Below are positions 27,559-36,702 of a DNA stretch of 64,000 nt, piece after piece; the stretch's first letter is position 1; each line of letters opens with the position of its first letter. Origin of the DNA: an uncultured Bacteroidales bacterium (GTDB taxonomy: Bacteria; Bacteroidota; Bacteroidia; Bacteroidales; UBA12077); contig CAYWSJ010000001.1 of NCBI GenBank assembly GCA_964461045.1, positions 1,114-65,113 on the forward strand. Direction: 5' to 3'. The notes beneath the pieces are model-generated. The model saw only the letters and a list, made by a program, of their open reading frames with translations. It was not told where the DNA came from and did not search any database. Both the position numbers and the translations under genes were made by a program.

Positions 27559-28626
27559 TTAGCTGTAAATAGGCTTTTCATTGGTGTCTTCAAGCAAGTT
27601 AAGGTATACCGGATTATTACGGAATCCTTTTTGCGCGATTTCATGATCATTTAATCCCGGGCGAATGTTTCCCTCTATGATTAATGGACCATCGGGTGTA
27701 ATGGCCATATCCCAGCCTACTAATATGATCTGGGGTACGCTTTTAGCTGCGTATAAAGCCAATTCTTTAGCTTCCCGGAAATAGGGTATTCTGAACCCTT
27801 TGGGTTTAAATCCCGTAACAGGATGTTTGTAATAGACTTCTCCTGTATTTTTCTCAAAACCTGTGCATATCTTATCATAAAGAATACCATTTTCCATATC
27901 CAGCGGAATGAAACCGCCCCCGAAGGAAACATTATCAACATAAGCCTCACTTAAAGAGGCTTTCTGGGTAATTCCAAGAATCCTGGGAATTTTATCTTTG
28001 TTGGTATAGGTAACAATTCGAACACAGTTAATGCTGTTCGGATTTATTTTGTTCATTTCATCGTGCTGTATGATCTGGTTCTGATAAATATAACCCGCTT
28101 TTATTACTTCACTGTAGATTTTGTTTAGTAACTCCCTGTCTTCTTTCAACTGCTCCGGAGTAACTTTAAAAATATTTTTTCCTCCAAAAGAATCTTCTTT
28201 TTTCTTAATAAATATAGCCTTTTCTACTGGAAGTGAGTTGATAAAACCAAGGAATTCTTCAGGCGTACCGATTAATTTTAGTTTCCCATTTTGCACAAAA
28301 ATTGCTTTATGGTTATATGCCAGCGTTTTAACCACATTGATTCCAAACTGGGAAAGATATTTCTCAAAGTTATCTTTCATTTCAAATGCAGGCGTAAAAT
28401 GCTCTTCATTAATGTCCCAATACTTTTTGTGAAGCCTGTTTGTATTAATATAATTGTTTATTTCTCCTGCATCTTCCCGGTACAGAGGTTTAATAAAGTA
28501 TTGTTCAGCCAGTAAGGGTTTGGTTAATTTTAACCAGAAATACTCTTTAAGGATTTTTAGTGTCGACTTTCGTTCTTTATGCCTTAAAGCCCGTCTTATC
28601 CTCTTGGTAAAAGCCTTTAAATTCAT
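27559..28626 (-). CDS. ATP-grasp enzyme (sugar-transfer-associated ATP-grasp-like)
   Basis: 355 aa. FIKKKEDSFGGKNIF, CVRIVTY, GGGFIPLD and GWDMAITPDGPLIIEGN fit ATP-grasp strand/loop motifs. Confidence 0.6.
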   Translation of the reverse strand: MNLKAFTKRIRRALRHKERKSTLKILKEYFWLKLTKPLLAEQYFIKPLYREDAGEINNYINTNRLHKKYWDINEEHFTPAFEMKDNFEKYLSQFGINVVKTLAYNHKAIFVQNGKLKLIGTPEEFLGFINSLPVEKAIFIKKKEDSFGGKNIFKVTPEQLKEDRELLNKIYSEVIKAGYIYQNQIIQHDEMNKINPNSINCVRIVTYTNKDKIPRILGITQKASLSEAYVDNVSFGGGFIPLDMENGILYDKICTGFEKNTGEVYYKHPVTGFKPKGFRIPYFREAKELALYAAKSVPQIILVGWDMAITPDGPLIIEGNIRPGLNDHEIAQKGFRNNPVYLNLLEDTNEKPIYS

Positions 28627-28843
28627 TTTTTATTGAATTAATGCAATATATACAATCTTGCTTTTGTAAAATAATCTACTTGCATTGAACAAGTTACAAA
28701 ATAATTTAATATGCTGCCTACTATAATTAATTAATTATTTTTATTAATGAATACTTTTTTGTAACTCGCAATAAGGAATTTAGGTTTTTCGTAAAATTGA
28801 TTTGCTTATGTAGGTATAGAATGATTAATAACAATTAATTTTT

Positions 28844-30274
28844 ATGTCTTTTAAAAAGGCCTTTTTTAAGAACATCTCAACCTTTGCTGTTTATAATTAT
28901 CTTACACAGGGTGTTGAATTTCTGGCTACGATAGTTTTGTCAAGGTTGCTTCTTCCCGAAGAATATGGTTTTGTTGCGATGATCTATATTTTTGTTGGTT
29001 TTATCAGATTGTTTGCTAATTTGGGTATTGGTGTGACAGTTGTAAGATCAGATTATAGGTACACCTACCATAAACATTTGTTTAGTCTCGCGATATGGCT
29101 TGGATTTGCACTCAGCATAACCTTGTCAATGTTGTCTTACCCAATAGCTGTATTTTTTGATAATATGGAACTCATAATACCCACGATTATAGTGTCCGTA
29201 AAATTCATCTTTGACTCTTTAACTTACATTCCTATAGCAATTCTCAATAAAAAACTCGATTTTAATTCTATTGGTAAAATAAGGTTGTCAGGAACCTCTT
29301 TTCAGATTGCGATGATGATTTTACTGGCCTTTTTGGGGTTTTCATACTGGTCTTTAATTATTCCGGTAATCTTTAATCCAATTGTTCAGTATCTTTTACT
29401 CAGAAGGAAAGTGAAATTACCTATTCGGATTTATGGTTGGAGGGCTACAAAACGGATGATCTACCGGATTCGTTCTCTCATGGGAAATCTTTCTCTCAAT
29501 AATCTTGTCAGGTACTGGTCAAATCATGCAGATAAGGTCGTGATTGGGAGACTCTATATGCAGTCTGACCTTGGTCTTTATAACAGGGCTTTTCGTTTCG
29601 TTCAGATAACCAATCATCTTATAACCGGTATTTTTAGCTCTGTGTTGTTTCCTTCACTAAAGCAATTAATCGATGAAAAGGGAGATGCAAACCGGGAATA
29701 TCTCGATATTGTGAAAATCATTACATTATTTAATCTTCCGGTTGTTATTATTCTGGTGGTTCTCCCGGAAATTCTTGTCAGAATTCTCTGGGGAAATGAC
29801 TGGACAGGAGTGGCGCCCTTTTTGCCTTATGTTGGCCTGATAATTATATTTAATTCAATTATTAGCACAATGGCCCCGGTATTTCTTCTTTATGGGAAAG
29901 AGCGAAATCTATTCCTTGTAAATCTTGCAAGCAGCATGATGACTATCCTACTTGTGATTGGTGGTGGTTTGTTTTCCATTATGCACGTTATTAAATTTCT
30001 TGCATTAGGCTATTTGTTTTTCACCATACCTGTGAACATCTATTTTGGTTTTTATAAATCTTTTGGATTCAAAATTGGCTTAATGTTACGTTTTTGGATT
30101 CCAACCCTCATATTTGGAATGTTTCTTTTCATTTCTATTAGCTGCGATTCAATATTACTTAAATTACTTATAATTATTTTCTATATGGGATTTCTATTTT
30201 ATGAACTAAGGGGAACTGCAAAAGAAAGCTTTAAATATTTGTTAAATCGTCTTCGTAAGAAAAAAGAAGCTTAA
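28844..30274 (+). CDS. polysaccharide flippase (Wzx, MOP superfamily)
   Basis: 476 aa, about 12-14 TM helices. N-terminal ..NISTFAVYNYLTQGVEFLATIVLSRLLLPEEYG.. is typical of Polysacc_synt flippases. Confidence 0.75.
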   Translation: MSFKKAFFKNISTFAVYNYLTQGVEFLATIVLSRLLLPEEYGFVAMIYIFVGFIRLFANLGIGVTVVRSDYRYTYHKHLFSLAIWLGFALSITLSMLSYPIAVFFDNMELIIPTIIVSVKFIFDSLTYIPIAILNKKLDFNSIGKIRLSGTSFQIAMMILLAFLGFSYWSLIIPVIFNPIVQYLLLRRKVKLPIRIYGWRATKRMIYRIRSLMGNLSLNNLVRYWSNHADKVVIGRLYMQSDLGLYNRAFRFVQITNHLITGIFSSVLFPSLKQLIDEKGDANREYLDIVKIITLFNLPVVIILVVLPEILVRILWGNDWTGVAPFLPYVGLIIIFNSIISTMAPVFLLYGKERNLFLVNLASSMMTILLVIGGGLFSIMHVIKFLALGYLFFTIPVNIYFGFYKSFGFKIGLMLRFWIPTLIFGMFLFISISCDSILLKLLIIIFYMGFLFYELRGTAKESFKYLLNRLRKKKEA

Positions 30275-30368
30275 GCAAAATATTTTAATATAAGAAATTG
30301 AAACATTGAATTTAATAAAAATTCAAATTATCTTGTTTTAAATATGTTAGTTCATTTTATAACCTCAA

Positions 30369-31673
30369 ATGGATAGATCCTTTATTAATTGGAATGACAG
30401 TATTAAAGATACTAATTCCCCATCCAGAAAAGATTATGTCAGGCCAGCACTTATAATATTAGTTCTTGCTGGCTCTGTATATTTTTTCAGAGTAAATTTT
30501 TTAACTAAGGATATAATCTATATAGCCCAATTTTTTGTCATCGGACTGATGGGTACTGTGATTCTGTTTCAGGCAATATACTGGAAATATGAATTGTATA
30601 GGCGAAATTTTATTTCACCTATATTTTTAATTTTTTTAGGAGTATTTCTGAGTATGATAACAGCCTATGCCTTCCACAGCCAGTCATTTGTGATTTCGTT
30701 CTGGGCTCAGCGGTTTACGTACTTTTATCTCTTCTATTTTGTTTTGCATATTATACAGGTGCCAATTCAGACACTTGAAAAAATATTATTTTTTGCAGGT
30801 GTTGTTTATGCTTTTGTATTTTTTGTTCAATATCTGGCTTTCCCGAAAGTCATTTTTACTGTACGACAAGGTATTGAAAGAGGAACAGTTCGTATTTTCA
30901 TACCTGGTATGGCATTCATGCACCTTGCCTACTTTATGGGCCTTACAAGGGTGATCTTTTTTAATAAATTTAAATATGTTCCTTACTTGCTGCTTTTTCT
31001 GGGCATCTATATATTAACAGGAACGCGTTCTACAATTGCCGGTCCAACTATTATCACGATATTAATATTAATTTTCAGTAATAAAATCAGATCCAGGGGA
31101 GTCATTCTTATACTTATAATTCTTTTATTGGGAGCTGCTTATTATATGTTCCAGGATATTATCGAGAATTTAATCACATTATCGGTAGAACAAAAGGAAA
31201 CCGCAGAAGAGAATATCAGGGTAAGGGCAACGAGATTTTTTATGACTGATTTTTTCCCGAATAATTTTGCATATATCACCGGGAACGGGGAGGGGCACCA
31301 AGCATCTCCTTTTGGGAAAGAAATTTTCTCTTATAAAATTTTATATGGTTATTATCAATCTGATATAGGCTTAATTGGCGAATATATAAAGTTTGGTGTT
31401 TTCTTTTTACTTGGAGCATTTATGATCCTCTATAAAGGGATTTTTCAATCTGTTGACACCAATCATAAATATGTACGTTACTTTTTCCTGCTTTTATTAA
31501 TTTCAATGCCTCTTAGTGCGAATTTTACCTCACCAGACAGTATTGTGGCAATTTGTATAATGGCTTATATTCTGGACTATTTAAAGAACAACAAAAAAGA
31601 AAAGAAAAAAGAGAAAAAACCGCTTGTATATTTTCCTGAACTGGAATACAGAAAACAAAGTTTTATTAAATAA
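30369..31673 (+). CDS. O-antigen/EPS polymerase (Wzy-like, O-antigen ligase family)
   Basis: 434 aa, polytopic, with a large loop (..EQKETAEENIRVRATRF..GNGEGH..). Lies next to wzx. Confidence 0.6.
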   Translation: MDRSFINWNDSIKDTNSPSRKDYVRPALIILVLAGSVYFFRVNFLTKDIIYIAQFFVIGLMGTVILFQAIYWKYELYRRNFISPIFLIFLGVFLSMITAYAFHSQSFVISFWAQRFTYFYLFYFVLHIIQVPIQTLEKILFFAGVVYAFVFFVQYLAFPKVIFTVRQGIERGTVRIFIPGMAFMHLAYFMGLTRVIFFNKFKYVPYLLLFLGIYILTGTRSTIAGPTIITILILIFSNKIRSRGVILILIILLLGAAYYMFQDIIENLITLSVEQKETAEENIRVRATRFFMTDFFPNNFAYITGNGEGHQASPFGKEIFSYKILYGYYQSDIGLIGEYIKFGVFFLLGAFMILYKGIFQSVDTNHKYVRYFFLLLLISMPLSANFTSPDSIVAICIMAYILDYLKNNKKEKKKEKKPLVYFPELEYRKQSFIK

Positions 31674-31695
31674 CCTTAGTTCGTTATAAAACTAA

Positions 31696-31775
31696 GAAAC
31701 GGTTTTAATTTTAACTTGCTTTAACAAGATAACCTTGGATAGCCCCAGCCTTCAAAGACTGGAGGTTAATATGTT
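31696..31775 (+). repeat. partial second copy of the left part of the 3663-3920 element
   Basis: taagaaacggttttaattttaacttgctttaacaagataaccttggatagcc aligns without gaps to 3668-3719, with matched blocks of 8, 5, 7, 2, 1, 6, 5, 4 and 4 nt separated by single or double mismatches. No right-arm partner was found. Confidence 0.4.
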
Positions 31776-31820
31776 TTGATATATCGAGTTAAATAAGAAC
31801 AAACAATTTATTGAATAAAA

Positions 31821-31858
31821 AAGCCGGTGTTTGAAGTTTAATTATCAAACACCGGCTT
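31821..31858. terminator. bidirectional rho-independent terminator between convergent genes
   Basis: aagccggtgtttga (31821-31834) / tcaaacaccggctt (31845-31858) forms a perfect 14-bp stem. An A-run lies upstream and a T-rich run downstream. Confidence 0.7.
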
Positions 31859-31893
31859 TCTTTCAGATTAGAAGGAATTCTGCAGTTCCGATT

Positions 31894-34800
31894 TTATCGT
31901 TTAATAAACTGCTTGCTATACAATATCTCACCTTGATGCTGGATTGAAAGAATATACATGCCATTGGGCAATTTGTTTGCATTTAGCCTTAATAATTGAC
32001 CATCTGTTATTCTTCCACCAACAAACTTTTCGCTCATCTGTTTTCCTTCAATAGAATATATGCTTATTCTGAGATCCTTCAAGTCTATGTCGGATGCATA
32101 ACGAACCTTCAGTTCTCCATGTGTTGGATTCGGGAAAAGTACAAAAGATACTTTTTCATTGAAATCTCCATCATCTATTGAAGTGGCCATGGCGTAAATT
32201 CTTATTTCTACTGAATCTTCTTTGGAAATAAGGTCGCCATCAGAAACTTTAAGTTTTATATATAAAGTTGTATCTGTTTCAAATTCTGGTGCATAGAAAT
32301 AGGGCGAAACGGCTGTTGCATCGGAAAGATCTATTTCTTCAGGTGCATTCCATATAAACTCAATTGAATCCCCATCCGGATCATAGGATTCGCTTCCATC
32401 AAGATATACTTTCTGCGAACCGTCTACTTCCTGATTTTCTCCTGCTATGGCTACAGGACGTGAATTCTGATCTTTAGTCTTTATTTTAACATATACACTA
32501 TCCGGCTCGGATAACAGGTCTCCGTCACCAACCCTCAGATATACTGTAAGCACTGTATCTTCACTTACAGGGGGTGCTTCGAACATTGGTTGAGCTGCAT
32601 ATGGATCAGACAGAGTAATGAAATCTGGTGCATCCCAATAATAATTAATGCTTTCACCATCCGGATCATATGAATTACTTCCATCAAGAATTCCTGTTTG
32701 CGTTTCATATAATACTTCGTGATATCCTGCTTCAGCAATTGGCTGAAAATTATCATTCTGGTTTAAAATCGTAATGTAAACGCTGTCTGGCTCGGAAATT
32801 AAATCCCCATCACTAACCCTCAGCACAACCAGTAATGTAGTATCTTCATCCACTTCTGGTGCAGTAAAAGAAGGCTGTGCTGTTCCAGGATCAGACAAAG
32901 AAATGTTATTGGGTTCGTCCCACATGAATTCAATTGAATCTCCGTCCGGGTCATAGGATTCGCTTCCATCAAGGGTCACATTATTCATTTCATCTCTCGA
33001 CTGATCTTCCCCGGCATCGGCTACTGGTCTAGAATTCTGATCCTGATTCTTGATTTTAACATATACACTATCCGGCTCAGAGATCAGCTCTCCATCACTA
33101 ACCCTCAAATATACAGTAAGTAAAGTGTCTTCGTCTACAGAAGGAGCTTCGAAAGATGGTTGAACAGCACTTGTGTCAGATAAGGTTATAAAATCTGGTG
33201 CCTGCCACATATATTCAATATTATCTCCGTCCGGATCATATGAATTTCCTCCATCAAGGTTCCCGGTTTGCGTTTCATATAATACTTCATGATATCCTGC
33301 TTCAGCAACCGGTCTTGAATTACCTGTTTGATTGGTAATTGTAATGTTAACACTATCCGGGTTGGAAACTAAATCACCATCACTTACAGTCAACACGATA
33401 AAGAATGTAGTATCGGCTTCAGTCGATGGAGCAATAAATGTGGGCATTTCTGCATTTGGATCGGATAATGTTATAAAACCAGGAGCATCCCATGTAAATA
33501 AGAGTGAATCCTGATCCGGGTCATAAGAATCGGAACCATCAAGTTGAACCTGCTCGTTCTCTGATACTTCCTGATCCGGACCGGTTATAGCTACAGGTCT
33601 TGAGTTGCCTGTTCCTAAATTATTAATGGTTACTAATACGCCATCGGGTTCGGAAGTTAATTCTCCATCACTAACCTCTAAAGTTACGTTTAGTGTAGTA
33701 TCTGAATTTACTTCAGGAGCATTAAGCACTGGTTGTTCAGCACTTGGATCGGAAAGATTAATTATGGAGGGAGTGTCCCACATAAAGCTTAGGGAGTCAC
33801 CATCAGGATCGTATGATCCGCTGCCGTCAAGAACAGCTTGCTCTCCTTCATCAATGACTATATTTTGCCCTGCATCTGCTACAGGACTATGGTTTGTACC
33901 TCCACTGCAGTTTCCCTGGTATTCAAATGCCCCGATATCGGGAATTCCATTACACGGAATTAAGTTACTATCAAAATCATAAGTAATACCTACATCTGTT
34001 CCATTATCAATAGCAGGCGAACTTACCTGAAGGTGAAAATTGTGATCTGCCGGGCTGACAAATTGAGGATCAGCTATTATGCCAGCATCAAAAGACGAAT
34101 TGGTTGATGAGCTAACATTCTGCAGGTTATGACTCATATCATCTGAGGAGCCATAAAATCCGATTTGAGATCCATCTGTAAGATAAACAATATTATTTTT
34201 AATACTTGATGGATTTCCCCATAAATCTACTGCAGTTGAATTTCCATAAAAAACATTGTTATAGATCTCTGCAGTATTACCAGCCACATTAATTCCTGTT
34301 GTGTTGTTTATAAAATGGTTGTTGTTAAGTACTATGTCGCTGGCATGAGAATATACACCAATAGGTGCATCTTTAACAATATTTCTTCTGAAAGTGACAG
34401 TCGGAACACCAAAAAATACCCCAGCACCGCCATGATCATGAATACCAGGACCTATAAAGGTGTTGTCTTCCATCACTACTGTCTCGACATTAACATCATC
34501 GCTTGGGTTAATAACAATTATACCGAATTTTTTACCACTGTTTGTCCGGTCAATGACTGTATTCCTGACGAAAATTGAGTCTGTGTCGTTAAACTGAATA
34601 CCATCACCAGGTGCTCCATCAGGATCATCGTGATATGCCTGGTTAATATCATGTATGTAAGAGTCCTCAATAACAATATTATTTGCATGATCGAAGTATA
34701 ATCCATCAAGATAAATGTTGTAAATTTCAGTGTCTGTAATCTTGAGGCCATCAACACCAGCAGAAATACCAAAATTATAATCCCCCGTTTCCCATGTAGG

Positions 34801-35274
34801 AGGACTGTGTATTTCACAATTGTTAATTTCTACATCATAGCTTTTACCCTCATTACGAAATTCCATAACATGTTTTCCATCCGAAAGAATATCCAGATCA
34901 TTAAAAACAAGGTTACTACAACTAGTAACACGAACCACCTTTGTCTCGATTCTTGGAAGATCCCCTGTTCCATAAGCACCAAAAGTGGTATTTTCAAGAT
35001 TTGATATCTCGGTTATTAAATCTTCTTGTAGTACTGTACCTCGTTTAAGCAGGTAAGTTGTGTTGTCCTGAAAGTTCAACCCTTCCCAGTGATCGTAGGG
35101 ATGGGCCTCGGAGCCATCCTGCTCCGGATCTGCTGTGTTTGTTGGGTCAATATAAATAGTGTTTTGCCCATAGGCCGCTACACTTACAAATCCCAACAAC
35201 ACAATCCAAAATAAGCTTTGTTTAAATAATTTCATACTATTCCCTTCTTTTTTTTTAACATAAAAATTCCCCAA
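31894..35274 (-). CDS. secreted beta-helix protein with six PKD-like repeats and a T9SS C-terminal sorting domain
   Basis: 1,126 aa. The likely start is ATG 35235 (MKLFKQSLFWIVLLGF..AYGQ). aa ~40-460 are parallel beta-helix coils. Six ~95-aa repeats follow (NSRPVA.AG....LDGS.SYDPDGDS..F.W..P....LSD....P.F.AP.V..DT.L...L.VSDG.L.S.PD.V.I.I). The C-terminus LFPNPTHGELKV..NGMYILSI.. is a type-A CTD. Confidence 0.85.
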   Translation of the reverse strand: MGNFYVKKKEGNSMKLFKQSLFWIVLLGFVSVAAYGQNTIYIDPTNTADPEQDGSEAHPYDHWEGLNFQDNTTYLLKRGTVLQEDLITEISNLENTTFGAYGTGDLPRIETKVVRVTSCSNLVFNDLDILSDGKHVMEFRNEGKSYDVEINNCEIHSPPTWETGDYNFGISAGVDGLKITDTEIYNIYLDGLYFDHANNIVIEDSYIHDINQAYHDDPDGAPGDGIQFNDTDSIFVRNTVIDRTNSGKKFGIIVINPSDDVNVETVVMEDNTFIGPGIHDHGGAGVFFGVPTVTFRRNIVKDAPIGVYSHASDIVLNNNHFINNTTGINVAGNTAEIYNNVFYGNSTAVDLWGNPSSIKNNIVYLTDGSQIGFYGSSDDMSHNLQNVSSSTNSSFDAGIIADPQFVSPADHNFHLQVSSPAIDNGTDVGITYDFDSNLIPCNGIPDIGAFEYQGNCSGGTNHSPVADAGQNIVIDEGEQAVLDGSGSYDPDGDSLSFMWDTPSIINLSDPSAEQPVLNAPEVNSDTTLNVTLEVSDGELTSEPDGVLVTINNLGTGNSRPVAITGPDQEVSENEQVQLDGSDSYDPDQDSLLFTWDAPGFITLSDPNAEMPTFIAPSTEADTTFFIVLTVSDGDLVSNPDSVNITITNQTGNSRPVAEAGYHEVLYETQTGNLDGGNSYDPDGDNIEYMWQAPDFITLSDTSAVQPSFEAPSVDEDTLLTVYLRVSDGELISEPDSVYVKIKNQDQNSRPVADAGEDQSRDEMNNVTLDGSESYDPDGDSIEFMWDEPNNISLSDPGTAQPSFTAPEVDEDTTLLVVLRVSDGDLISEPDSVYITILNQNDNFQPIAEAGYHEVLYETQTGILDGSNSYDPDGESINYYWDAPDFITLSDPYAAQPMFEAPPVSEDTVLTVYLRVGDGDLLSEPDSVYVKIKTKDQNSRPVAIAGENQEVDGSQKVYLDGSESYDPDGDSIEFIWNAPEEIDLSDATAVSPYFYAPEFETDTTLYIKLKVSDGDLISKEDSVEIRIYAMATSIDDGDFNEKVSFVLFPNPTHGELKVRYASDIDLKDLRISIYSIEGKQMSEKFVGGRITDGQLLRLNANKLPNGMYILSIQHQGEILYSKQFIKR
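32182..33894 (-). repeat. six tandem ~285-bp coding repeats (PKD-like)
   Basis: aa ~461-1031 of the protein. Repeats 3/5 (..AEAGYHEVLYETQTG.LDG..) and 4/6 pair up, implying duplication of a two-repeat unit. Confidence 0.8.
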
Positions 35275-35876
35275 TCCTCATAACTATGAGAATGCATTGC
35301 ATTTTTTCTTTCACTAAAACATAAAATTTGTGGGGATCCCCAGATGGTCAGTGCCTCATCTGAGCTTAATCTTCATGATTTTAACAAATGAGATTAATGC
35401 TTTTTAATCGGTTGTAATTTGTAGAACTAATTTTGCAAAATTTAGATCTGAATTTTTGATTAAATATTCTATGCAAATATACGGGAAAGAGTTTTAAATG
35501 TTACCACTTTTTTGCAAAAAAATATTGGCTATAATATATTAATATACAGAACAATACGACTGTCAAAAAGTCACATTTCAGGAACCGCTTATTTCATAGC
35601 GAATTCATTGTGAGTATGTTATGTAACAACCATTAATTCAGTGTTCTGGAAGTTTTCTTCAATATAACTTCCCGATTTTCAATCTTTAATCATATAATTT
35701 TCCTTATCTGAAAGGCAAAAGATGATGATGGGTCTTTTAAATCGTCTATTTTAGGAGGGTTTCCCGATTTTTGTTTTGTTTGTCCTGATTTTTTATAAAC
35801 AAACCACATTTTTTGACGAATAAATAATAGAAAAACACTCCCAAATAACTATACCAATTAATTTTTTTTATAACTT

Positions 35877-36689
35877 ATGTCTGGATTAAAAATGCTTTTA
35901 ATGAGACGAGTAGGCTTGTTTAGATATCATAGTAATCCTGACATTTGCAGGAACAGACTGAAATTATTTAGCCAGTTAAATCCTGATATTGAAGTATATG
36001 GTCTGTATGGTGGTAAAGAGGAAGATTTTTCTTTTTATGATGCTTACTTAAAAGACTTTCTTGGGGGGAATTATTGCCTCAGGGATAAAACATATATCTG
36101 GAAATGGAAAAATGGAGATCTCTCAATTCGTGAATGGTACAAAAATTATGGTAAACATAAGAAATTTGATGTGGTTCATATATTGGAGTGGGACTTGGTT
36201 ATAATGGGTAAACTTGATGAATTGTATTCTCATATACCTCCTGATTCTCTAGGGGTTACAGGATTAACGCCTCTTGTCTCCATTGAAAAAGAATGGTTCT
36301 GGACACGTGACACAAAACAAAAAGCAGAGTGGAAAGTGCTTAAAGAGCATGTAAGAAAATTTAATGGATTCAGTGGACCCTATTTCGCTTCGGTTGCCCC
36401 GGGATTATCTATTCCAAGAAGTTTTCTTGAGCAATATAGCGAGATGCCGGTTCCTGATCTTTGTAATGATGAACTGAGACTTCCACTTTATGCAAAAGCT
36501 CTTGATTTTGAAATTTATGATACAGGATTTTTTAAAAAATGGTTTTCAAAAACAGAAAAGCAATATTTTAATTGCAATGAGTTTGCAATAAAAGAAAAAA
36601 AGCTCCTTAAAGAATTGAAGAAGAAGAAAGGCAGACGCGTTTTTCATCCTTTCAGAGAAGAATTGAATATGGAATTAATTAGTAAATAA
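35877..36689 (+). CDS. hypothetical protein (EPS locus)
   Basis: 270-aa ORF with coding-like composition, first gene of a same-strand run of transferase genes. No motif recognised. Confidence 0.5.
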   Translation: MSGLKMLLMRRVGLFRYHSNPDICRNRLKLFSQLNPDIEVYGLYGGKEEDFSFYDAYLKDFLGGNYCLRDKTYIWKWKNGDLSIREWYKNYGKHKKFDVVHILEWDLVIMGKLDELYSHIPPDSLGVTGLTPLVSIEKEWFWTRDTKQKAEWKVLKEHVRKFNGFSGPYFASVAPGLSIPRSFLEQYSEMPVPDLCNDELRLPLYAKALDFEIYDTGFFKKWFSKTEKQYFNCNEFAIKEKKLLKELKKKKGRRVFHPFREELNMELISK

Positions 36690-36702
36690 TGAGTTTATTA
36701 TT

